From a bacterium (lineage in GTDB: Bacteria > Acidobacteriota > Thermoanaerobaculia > Multivoradales > J023), in the NCBI GenBank assembly GCA_024226315.1, contig JAAELT010000489.1, positions 4,830 to 68,829 of the forward strand: a stretch of DNA of 64,000 bases, in the 5' to 3' direction. A program made the position numbers and the translations under genes. Shown here one piece after another: positions 9,228 through 18,000 of this stretch. Within the stretch, counting starts at the first letter, position 1. The number at the start of each line of letters is the position of its first letter. The notes under the pieces were generated by a model. It saw nothing but the letters and a program-made list of their open reading frames with translations. It did no database searches and was not told the DNA's origin.

Positions 9228-9242
9228 GGCACCACTCTTGCA
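9228..9242 (+). promoter_or_regulatory. candidate sigma-54 (-24/-12) promoter for the metalloprotease gene
   Basis: cGGCACcactcTTGCAa matches the consensus TGGCACG-N4-TTGCW at 9 of 10 specified positions with correct GG-to-GC spacing. The start codon is 87 nt downstream at 9329. Confidence 0.45.
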
Positions 9243-9328
9243 ATTGCCCCGATGACGAGCCGTGTTGAAAACCAACCGTCTCGACGAGAGAAACCTTTAT
9301 CTTCTGATATGGAAGGGAACACCACACC

Positions 9329-12259
9329 ATGAGAAGACACATCACGACGCCAGCCCTCGCAGCTCTGGTCTTCGCGAGCGCACCCGCATGGGGCGCCCCG
9401 GACGAGCTCTATCGAATCACCGATCGAGAGCCGGTCTTCCAGGAAGAGACCGCGGCGATCGCAGGCGTCGTCGACGAGGTGGAGGTGGCGCTCGACACGA
9501 CCGCTCTCGACCGGAACCCCAGGGTCCTGGAGCTCGAGCTGACCGACGGGCGCCGGCTCACGGTTACGCGAGCTCGCTTCAGCGTCGAGAAAGGCTACCT
9601 GACCTGGATCGGCGAGGCCGCGGCGGTCGATGGCGGGACACCCGGCTACGTCCACCTGGTCGACCATGGCGACCAGGTCTCCGGGATCCTCAACGTCGGA
9701 TCCGATCGCTACCAGATCGTGGCGACGGCGCTGGGCGGACATCGACTGTTCCGCGTCCAAGCCGGGGACGGTGCGGTTTGCGCGCTCGAAGACTCGGAAT
9801 CGCGGCCTGCTGACGTTCTGTATCTCGAATCGGAAGGCTGGGAATCCCGGCCCTCGGATCTCGGGGTCTCTGGGGATTCCCGCCAGCCGACGCTCGAGGA
9901 CGTCGCGGAAGACGATTCTGGTGACGGATCTCCGCGCCCGGACACCGCCACGAAGAGCACGACGACGATCGACGTCCTGGCGGTCTACCCCCAGGATTTC
10001 TCGGGATCGGCGGAGACCGCGGTGCGCAATTTCATCCAGACCTCGGTCTCGATCGCGAACGACGTCTTCGTGCAGAGCAACGTCAGCGCGCAATATCGCC
10101 TGGTCGAGATGGCCAGGCTGTCGGGCGCTCAGCCGCCGGCGACGGGGCTGTTCGAGAACTGGACGTGGATCAACACCGAGCCCCAAGAAACCGTCGACCT
10201 TCGTGACGAGCATTCCGCCGACATGGTGGCTCTGTTCATCCCGCTTTCCTACGACGACGACAATCCCTGTGGCGTCGCCAACCTGCCGGACGCGAACGGG
10301 GATATCGTGAGCGGTGCACCGTACGGCATCGAAGGCCCCTTCGGAGACCGGGCCTTCACCGTTCACCGCAGCGGTTGTGGCCTCAACGATTTCACCTTCG
10401 CCCACGAGCTGGGTCACAACTTCGGAATGCGCCACGACAACGAGAACACGAGCTCGATCCACTTGTTCCCCACCGGGCGGGGCCACGTCCTGAGCTTCAG
10501 CCCCTGGCAGGCCAACGCCAACGGCAGCCTCGAGACCGACGTCCCCGGGGACTTCGCGGTCGGCTATCACTTCACGCCGCAGGAAGACGGGCTCGTCCTC
10601 GAGCTCGGGGGCCTCTTCAACGGCTCGAGAGTGATGCGGCTGTTCGAGAAGGATTCGGGCATGCAGCTCGGGCAAACCACCGTCACCTCCGCCAACAACT
10701 GGAGCTACCGGTTCATTCCGCCAGTCTACGTGAGGGCGGGGACGACCTACACGGTCGCCGTCTATCTCGCTGGATCGGGCGGTTCCATCTACTCCAACGT
10801 CACGCCGTTTCCCCAGACCTACGGCACGGTCTGGATCGAGGGGACGACCTTCGTCTCGACCCTCGGCGATCCGTCGGCTCGCCCCACGAATACGGTCACC
10901 GACGTCATGTACGGCCAGGCGGACATCCGATTCGCGCCCTACTCGTCGGTCATGGGATGTGTCCGCGAGCCGGGCGGCGACATCACCGGCTCCGTGTGCA
11001 GCCGGATCCCCCATTTCTCCGATCCGGCCATCTCCTACCAGGGCTTCGTCACCGGCACCGCCGATCGCAACAACGGGGATGTCGCGCGCGCTCAGGTGGG
11101 GCCGTATTCTGAATTCCGCGGCAACCACGCGCCGGTCTGCGCGGACGACTTTCTCACCACCCCGATGGACACCAGACTCTCGATCCCGCTGGGTCACCTC
11201 CTGGGAAACGACACCGATCCCGATGGCGATGGTCTGTGGCTTTGGAGCTACGATCTCGTCACCGCGCAAGGAGGCACCAACGACACCGGCCACGCCGGTG
11301 GCTTCAACTACACGCCGCCCGTCGGCTTCACCGGCACGGATTGGTTCAACTACACCATTGCGGATCGCGGCGACGGCACCGGGCTGACCGACACCTGCGT
11401 GGGCTACGTCGAGGTGACTCCGACCGAGGAGGACTTCGGTGAAGTGGGGAAGGTCACCAACCTGACCCACGCGCCCCAGACCGTGATCTTGAGTCGATCG
11501 TATGCGAACCCGGTCGTGATCGCTCAGCCGCCGAGCCAGAACGGCAGCCACACCTCCGTGGTGCGCATCACCAGCGTCCAATCGGATCGCTTCACGTTCT
11601 ACATCGACGAAGCGCCGAACATGGATGGTTCGCACACTACCGAAACCGTGAGCTACATGGTGCTGGAGGCCGGAGACTGGCAGCTCGCTGACGGCACCGA
11701 GCTGCGGGCTGGGCGCCTCCAGACCTCGAACACCGTCGGCAGGTCCGTGGCCAACAACTGGGCTGCCGTGAGCTTCGGGGGGACGTTCCCGACCGCCCCG
11801 GTCGTGCTCAGCCAGGTACAGACGAACAATGACCCCAGCTGGGTCAAGACGCGTCATGCCAGCGTGGGAACCTCGTCGTTCCTGGTCGGACTGGAGAAGG
11901 AGGAGGCCAGCACCGTCTCGCACGGCAGCGAGACCGTCGGCTGGGTCGCCATCCAGCCAGCAAGCGGAACCTGGACCACCCATGCCTACCTGGCCGGACG
12001 AACTCCAAACTCGGTCACCGACGCCTGGTACGTCGTCTCTTTCGGCGGCTCGTTCGCAACCCCGCACCTCTTTGCCGCCATGGCGACCTACCATGGTCCC
12101 GACAACGCGGAGTTGCGGTACCGCAACCTCGGTCTGAGCTCGGTGGAAGTGCGGGTTGAAGAAGACACGACGTTGGACGCCGAAGTGGCCCACGCCAGCG
12201 AGGTGGTCGACTACCTGGTCATCGGCAGTGCCGGGACACTGACGGGCGCCCGGCAATAG
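9329..12259 (+). CDS. secreted multi-domain zinc metalloprotease, reprolysin/adamalysin-like (metzincin) with C-terminal beta-sandwich/cadherin-like repeats
   Basis: Signal peptide MRRHITTPALAALVFASAPAWG. Zinc motif HELGHNFGMRHD (HExxHxxGxxHD). Downstream are Asp-rich DxDxDG stretches (NDTDPDGDG) typical of cadherin/VCBS-like domains. C-terminal repeats share the motifs ETVSYMVLEAGDW and ETVGWVAIQPASGTW. 976 aa. Confidence 0.8.
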   Translation: MRRHITTPALAALVFASAPAWGAPDELYRITDREPVFQEETAAIAGVVDEVEVALDTTALDRNPRVLELELTDGRRLTVTRARFSVEKGYLTWIGEAAAVDGGTPGYVHLVDHGDQVSGILNVGSDRYQIVATALGGHRLFRVQAGDGAVCALEDSESRPADVLYLESEGWESRPSDLGVSGDSRQPTLEDVAEDDSGDGSPRPDTATKSTTTIDVLAVYPQDFSGSAETAVRNFIQTSVSIANDVFVQSNVSAQYRLVEMARLSGAQPPATGLFENWTWINTEPQETVDLRDEHSADMVALFIPLSYDDDNPCGVANLPDANGDIVSGAPYGIEGPFGDRAFTVHRSGCGLNDFTFAHELGHNFGMRHDNENTSSIHLFPTGRGHVLSFSPWQANANGSLETDVPGDFAVGYHFTPQEDGLVLELGGLFNGSRVMRLFEKDSGMQLGQTTVTSANNWSYRFIPPVYVRAGTTYTVAVYLAGSGGSIYSNVTPFPQTYGTVWIEGTTFVSTLGDPSARPTNTVTDVMYGQADIRFAPYSSVMGCVREPGGDITGSVCSRIPHFSDPAISYQGFVTGTADRNNGDVARAQVGPYSEFRGNHAPVCADDFLTTPMDTRLSIPLGHLLGNDTDPDGDGLWLWSYDLVTAQGGTNDTGHAGGFNYTPPVGFTGTDWFNYTIADRGDGTGLTDTCVGYVEVTPTEEDFGEVGKVTNLTHAPQTVILSRSYANPVVIAQPPSQNGSHTSVVRITSVQSDRFTFYIDEAPNMDGSHTTETVSYMVLEAGDWQLADGTELRAGRLQTSNTVGRSVANNWAAVSFGGTFPTAPVVLSQVQTNNDPSWVKTRHASVGTSSFLVGLEKEEASTVSHGSETVGWVAIQPASGTWTTHAYLAGRTPNSVTDAWYVVSFGGSFATPHLFAAMATYHGPDNAELRYRNLGLSSVEVRVEEDTTLDAEVAHASEVVDYLVIGSAGTLTGARQ

Positions 12260-12331
12260 GGCGTCCCACCCGGCCGATGAGGCCATCCTCGGATACCGGG
12301 ACGGCCTCATCGCCCTCCGCTCCGGAGCCGC

Positions 12332-14197
12332 TCAACCGCGCAGCCCCAGGCGTTTCAGCTTGTTCGCCAGGCCGTTGCGCGAGATCCCGAGCAGCTTTGC
12401 CGCCTCGATCTGCTTGCCGTTCGAGCGCCTCAGGGCCTCGCGGATCAGCTGCGACTCCAGCTCCCGCAACCGGGGCACGAGGGCCAGGGACCCGGTGCCG
12501 ATCTCCGGTTCGGCCTCGGGCTCGCTCCGCGGCGGGTGGCGGATGCGGTGGGCGAGCATCCCGGAGTCGATCACCTGGCCTTCGGCAGCGGCGCAGACCA
12601 GGCGGTGCATCTCGTGCTCGAGCTCGCGCACGTTCCCGGGCCAGGGGTAGGCGGCCAGAAGCCGCAGCGCTTTCGCGGTCACGCCCCGGATGGACCTGCC
12701 CGCCTCGCCCGCGAAGCGCCGCAGGAAGTGCTCCACCAAGGCGGGGATGTCCTCGCGGGCGTGCCGCAGAGGCGGCACCTCGAGGAGGTGCCCGGCCAAC
12801 CGGTAGTAGAGGTCACGCCGGAAGGTACCCTCTTCCATACGCAGTTGTAGGTCGGCGTTGGTGGCGGCTATGACGCGCACGTCGACGCGGCGCGGGCGTT
12901 TGCCCACTGGCTGGATCTCCCTTTCCTGCAAGGCGCGGAGCAGCTTGGCCTGGAGCGCCGGCGCCATGTCGCCGACCTCGTCCAGAAACAACGTCCCCCC
13001 CTCGGCGAGCTGGAACGTTCCCGGGCGCGGGTCTACCCCGGTGGCCACGCCCTTGCCGATGCCGAACATCTCGGCCTCGAGCATTTCCGCCGGGATGGCG
13101 GCACAGTTGATCGCCACGATGGGACCCTGCCGGCGCTCGGAGGACTCGTGGAGGATCTTCGCCACCCGTTCCTTGCCGACGCCGGTCTCGCCGACCACGA
13201 GCACCGCCAGGTGGCCGCTGAGCGACTGGCCCAGATGGCGGTACATCGCCGCGGCGGCGGGTGAGGTTCCCGGGCGGTAGTCGTCGGGGAAGACCAGCTC
13301 CGGAAAGCACCCGGGCCCCGCGCTGGCGTGCGGAGATTTCGCCAGCCGCGGTTCTCGCAGGTCGACGAGGCGTAGGAGGGCTCGCAGCAGCGTCGCGCAG
13401 CGCAGCCGGCCCGGGAAGTCACCCCACAGGAGCAGGCACCGGGGCTCTTGGCCCCGGCCGAATCGTGCCGCCAGACTCAGCACCGGTTCGGTCTCGAGGA
13501 ACGCCGTGCAGAGGTCGCTGCCGGTACGTTCGCGGTCCGATCGCAGACGCTGGATCTCGTCCAGGGATGGGAGCGGAGGCAGCTCGCCAGCCGCCCCCAG
13601 CACCACCGGGTCGCCGGCTGGAGTCCAGTCCACCGCGCAGGCCCCGACCCTCGTCCCGAGCGCCTCGACCAGGAATACCAGGGCGCCGGCCAGATCGGGC
13701 AACGCCCCGGCCGTCAGCCGTTCGATGAAGCGTTCGAGAAGCGACAGCCACTCGCGGGAGATCACCTGCTCGACGTCGCGCTGAGTCACGGTCGCCCGGA
13801 TGTCGTCCGGGCCCGGAGCCGAAGGCTTCGGCTCCACGGCCACACCCGAGGTCTCGAGGGCGAGGCCGAGCTCCACGTCGCCGGCATCCACCGCCTCGAC
13901 CTGCAGGGTGACCGCTCCGAAGCGCACCTCGGCCCCCGGAGCCACCGTCGCGCGGTCGATCCGCCGGCCGTCGACGAAACAGCCGTTGCGGCTGCCCAGG
14001 TCTTCGATCTCCAACCCCTCTGGCGTTACCCGAAGGGCCGCGTGTTCCCTGGAAACCTCGATGTCGGGGAGCACCAGGTCGCTGGCGAACGTCCTGCCGA
14101 TCCGGTACGAACCGAGAACAAGATCGAAGGTTTTCTCCCTGCCGCCAACGACGCCGCGGAGGCGATAGACTAGCCGATTGTTAGAGGAAGATTGCAT
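12332..14197 (-). CDS. FHA-domain / AAA+ sigma-54-interaction-type / Fis-HTH enhancer-binding-protein-like transcriptional regulator
   Basis: N-terminal FHA-like region (…YRIGR…DLVLPD…VSREHAAL…). Central AAA+ region: Walker A GETGVGKE, Walker B LFLDEVGDM, arginine finger region, and GIGKGVATGV in place of the canonical GAFTGA loop. C-terminal Fis-type HTH (IEAAKLLGISRNGLANKLKRLGL). Start chosen at MQSSSNNRL…; the listed ORF starts 22 codons earlier. Confidence 0.85.
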   Translation of the reverse strand: MQSSSNNRLVYRLRGVVGGREKTFDLVLGSYRIGRTFASDLVLPDIEVSREHAALRVTPEGLEIEDLGSRNGCFVDGRRIDRATVAPGAEVRFGAVTLQVEAVDAGDVELGLALETSGVAVEPKPSAPGPDDIRATVTQRDVEQVISREWLSLLERFIERLTAGALPDLAGALVFLVEALGTRVGACAVDWTPAGDPVVLGAAGELPPLPSLDEIQRLRSDRERTGSDLCTAFLETEPVLSLAARFGRGQEPRCLLLWGDFPGRLRCATLLRALLRLVDLREPRLAKSPHASAGPGCFPELVFPDDYRPGTSPAAAAMYRHLGQSLSGHLAVLVVGETGVGKERVAKILHESSERRQGPIVAINCAAIPAEMLEAEMFGIGKGVATGVDPRPGTFQLAEGGTLFLDEVGDMAPALQAKLLRALQEREIQPVGKRPRRVDVRVIAATNADLQLRMEEGTFRRDLYYRLAGHLLEVPPLRHAREDIPALVEHFLRRFAGEAGRSIRGVTAKALRLLAAYPWPGNVRELEHEMHRLVCAAAEGQVIDSGMLAHRIRHPPRSEPEAEPEIGTGSLALVPRLRELESQLIREALRRSNGKQIEAAKLLGISRNGLANKLKRLGLRG

Positions 14198-14503
14198 TGA
14201 TCCCACCCAACATCTCATCGTCCTATTCCACCCATAGGGAGAACGGTTCGCAGACCGTCCCATTCATGTTCTACGAAGAACCGGCGTGGGAAGGACATCC
14301 GTCCACCCACACCCCGATAGGAAACGCGTAGGAAGGCTCCGAATCTGATCAAATGCTCTGTACCGATGTCCCGTGGCGTTCGAACATGACAGGCCTCGGA
14401 TCCGAGGTCGAGACGGCCCACCACGAGTTGAATCCTCGACGAGAAGGGAGCTAGGCTCGCCCACGCTCATTGACGCCGACGGGAATCGCGTCGAGGCGCC
14501 CGA

Positions 14504-15076
14504 ATGACGGCCCCGGGAGACATCACCCAACTGCTGGTCGCGGTCCGCGACGGCGAGACATCGGCCATGGACCGGCTGTTTCCGCTGGTCTACGACGAGC
14601 TGCGGGGAATGGCGCGCCAGCGCTTGCGCCGCGGCGGCCCCGAGCAGACGCTGAACACCACCGCCCTGGTGCACGAGGCCTACCTCAAGCTGGTGGACCA
14701 GACCCGGGCGCAGTGGAACGACCGTGGCCATTTCCTGGCGGTGGCGTCAGTGGCCATGCGCCACATCCTGGTGGACTACGCTCGCCGCAAGACGGCGCAG
14801 AAGCGCGGCGGCGAGGAGCAGCCCGAGGTGCTCGAGGAAAACCAGCTCGGCGTCGTCGCCCGGGCCGAGGAGATCCTGGCGATCGACCAGGCGCTCGGCT
14901 CGCTGGCCGAGCTCAACGAGCGTTTGAGCAAGCTGGTGGAGCTGCGTTTTTTCGGCGGGCTGTCGGTGGCCGAGACGGCCCATGTGCTGGACGTGTCGGA
15001 GCGCACCGTGAAGCGCGACTGGCGCAAGGCACGGGCCTACCTTTATCGTGCCCTCCAGGAGCCTCGGGACGACTGA
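14504..15076 (+). CDS. ECF-type RNA polymerase sigma factor of the Ser/Thr-kinase-associated subgroup
   Basis: 190 aa. Region 2 (…LVHEAYLKLVD…) and region 4 HTH (…LSVAETAHVLDVSERTVKRDWR…). Stop TGA overlaps the downstream kinase ATG (ATGA). Confidence 0.85.
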   Translation: MTAPGDITQLLVAVRDGETSAMDRLFPLVYDELRGMARQRLRRGGPEQTLNTTALVHEAYLKLVDQTRAQWNDRGHFLAVASVAMRHILVDYARRKTAQKRGGEEQPEVLEENQLGVVARAEEILAIDQALGSLAELNERLSKLVELRFFGGLSVAETAHVLDVSERTVKRDWRKARAYLYRALQEPRDD

Positions 15077-18000
15077 TGCCTGATTCCGTGGAGCGTTGGC
15101 GAAGAGTCGAGGCCATTTTCGACGAGGCGCTGGAGCTGCCCGCGGCCGAGGTTCCCGCCCATCTCGACGCCGCTTGCGGTGGCGACGATGGCCTGCGGGG
15201 CGAGGTGGAGGCGCTGCTCGGCGCGGACCAGCAAGCCGGCGCTTTTCTGGAGACCTCGGCCGGCGCTTACGCCGCGACGCTGATTCGCGAAGCGCTGCCG
15301 GCGACACGCCAGGACCCGCTCGAAGGCCGCCGGCTGGGGCCGTATCGGGTACTGCGTCGGATCGGCGGCGGCGGTATGGGAGTCGTCTACGAAGCCGTCG
15401 ATACCCGGCTCTTCCGCCGGGTCGCCCTCAAGCTGCTGCCGACCTCCCTGAACCGCGACCCGGACGCCAAGGAGCGCTTCGTCCGCGAGGCGCGGGCCGC
15501 GTCGGCGCTCGACCACCCCAACATTTGCGCCATCCACGACATCGGCGAGACCGACGGCGGCCGAATGTTCATCGTCATGGCCTACTACGGGGGCAGGACC
15601 CTCGAGAGCATGCTCGCGGACGGTCCGCTGGAGATCGACGACGCTCTGGACCTCGCGGCGCAGGTCAGCCGCGGCCTCGAGCGGGCGCACGAGGCCGGTA
15701 TCGTCCACCGCGACATCAAGCCAGCCAACGTCATCGTGACCGAGCACGGCGAGGTCAAGGTGCTCGATTTCGGCATCGCCAAGATCGTCGGCGAGGCCGG
15801 CCTGACGCGCAGCGGCGTCGCGCCGGGTACGCCGGCGTACATGTCGCCCGAGCAGACGCGCGGCGAGCCGGTCGACGAGCGCGCCGACGTCTGGTCCCTC
15901 GGGGCGGTGCTCTATCAGCTGATCGCCGGCCGCCGCCCGTTCGAGGGGCGCAACGAGATGGCGATCTACATGGCGATCCAGGAGCGCGAGCCGAAGCCCC
16001 TCGGCGACTGGCGCGGCGATGTGCCGGAAGCCCTGGAGCGGGCGGTGATGAGAGCGTTGGTGAAGGAGCCCGCCGAGCGCACCGGCAGCGTCGCCGCCTT
16101 GCTCGATGATCTGGCGGCGATCAAGGAAGCGAGGCGGGGGACCGCGGTGGGCGCCGCGTTGCGCGAAGGCGTCGCGGTGCGGACGCTGCTGCTGATCGAT
16201 CTGGTGGCCTCGACGCGGTTGGCGCAGCGGCTCGGTGACCGGCATCTCGCCGAGGTGTCGGCCGAGCACGACCGCCTGGCGCGTGACGTGCTGGCCGCGC
16301 ACGGCGGCCTCGAGATCGACAAGACCGACGGTTTCCTGCTCCTTTTCGAGCGCCCGATCGACGCCGTCGGCTGCGCCCTGGCCTATCACCGGGGGGTCGC
16401 CGGGCTGAGCGAGAAGCTCGGCGTCGACCTGGCCGCCCGCGCCGGGCTGCACCTGGGTGAGGTCCACCTGCGGCGCAACCCGCCGGAAGACGTGGCTCGG
16501 GGCGCCAAGCCGATCGAGGTGGAAGGGCTCGCCAAGCCGATCGCCGCCAGGGTGATGTCGCTGGCCGGCGGCCGGCAGACCCTGGTCACTCAGAGCGCAT
16601 TCGAGCTCGCCCGCCGCGCTGCCGACGAGCTGGCGCTGGAAGACGAGGTGCGCTGGTTGGCCCACGGCGATTATCTGCTCGAGGGCGTCGCCGGGCCGAT
16701 CGGCGTTTTCGAGGTCGGCGCGCCGGGCTTCGCGCCGCTGGCCGCGCCGGTCGACTCGGAGAAGGCCCGGCGCGCCGTCGCCGCCGAAGAGGTCGTGCTC
16801 GGCTGGCGCCCGGCCGCCGGGGCGCCCCTGCCCGAGCGCCCGCACTGGGTGATGCGAGAGAAGCTCGGCGAGGGCGGGTTCGGCGAAGTGTGGCTCGCCG
16901 GCCACGACAAGACGGACGAGCGCCGGGTCTTCAAGTTCTGCTACGAGGCACAGAGCCTGAAGGCCCTCGAGCGCGAGGTCACCTTCTTCCGGCTGATGAA
17001 GGAGGCCCTTGGCGACCGCGACGACATCGTCCGCATCCTCGACTGGAACTTCGCGCGCGCGCCCTTCTACCTGGAGTCGGAATACACCGCTGGGGGCGAC
17101 TTGATCGAATGGGCGGCGAGCGAGGGCGGTCTCGCCGCGGTGCCGCTCGAGACGCGGCTCGAGCTCGTCGCCCAGGTGGCCCGGGCGCTGGGCGCCGCCC
17201 ACTCGGTCGGCATCCTGCACAAGGACGTCAAGCCGGGCAATGTGTTGATCACCACCGGTCCCGACGGTGCCCCGCGCGCCCGCCTCACCGACTTCGGTGT
17301 CGGCCTGGTCGCCGACCGTTCGCTGTTGCCCGAGATCGGCGTCACCTTGCTCGGTCTCACCGAGGACGACGACTACACCTCCGCCGGTACGCATCTCTAC
17401 CTCGCCCCGGAGATCCTGGAGGGCAGGCTGCCGACAGTGCAAGCGGATCTCTATGCGCTGGGCGTCATGCTCTATCAGATGGTGGTCGGCGATTTTTCGC
17501 GCGCCCTGGCGCGTGGTTGGCAGCGCGACGTCGACGACGAGATCCTGCGTGAGGACATCGCCTGCTTCGTCGATGGCTCGCCCGAGCGCCGCCCGGCGGG
17601 CGCCGGCGAGATCGCGGAGCGGCTGCAGCGGCTCGATGCGCGGCGAGCCGAGCGCGAGGCCGAGAAGCGGGCGCGGCGCGAGGCCGAGGAGGCTCGGCGC
17701 GCGGTCGAGCGCGGCCGGCGTCGCCGGCGGGCGCTCGCCACCGCGGTGGCGGCATTGGTCGTGTTCGGCGCGGCGATGGCCTACCAGGTGCGTCAGACCC
17801 GGCTCGAGGCGCGCCGCGCCGAGCACGAGGCGGCCGCGGCGCGGCAGGTCTCGGCCTTCCTCGAAGACCTGTTCGAGGTGGTGGATCCGAGCGAGGCGCG
17901 GGGCAACAGCATCACCGCGCGCGCGATCCTCGATCGCGGCGCCCGCCGCATCGAGGACGAGCTGGCCGACCAGCCCGAGATCCAGGCGCGGTTGATGGGC

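Noticed and set aside
8933-12310. 1125-aa ORF on the minus strand opposite the metalloprotease gene
   Set aside because: Antisense to a gene with clear motifs (signal peptide, HExxHxxGxxHD). Long antisense ORFs are expected in ~70% GC DNA because stop codons are AT-rich. Its translation is low-complexity Gly/Arg/Ala/Val-rich with no motifs.
14470-15075. N-terminal 200-codon extension of the listed 1496-aa kinase ORF
   Set aside because: It is the +1 frame read-through across the ECF sigma gene, which has clear sigma region 2/4 motifs in its own frame. The kinase start is the ATG overlapping the sigma stop.
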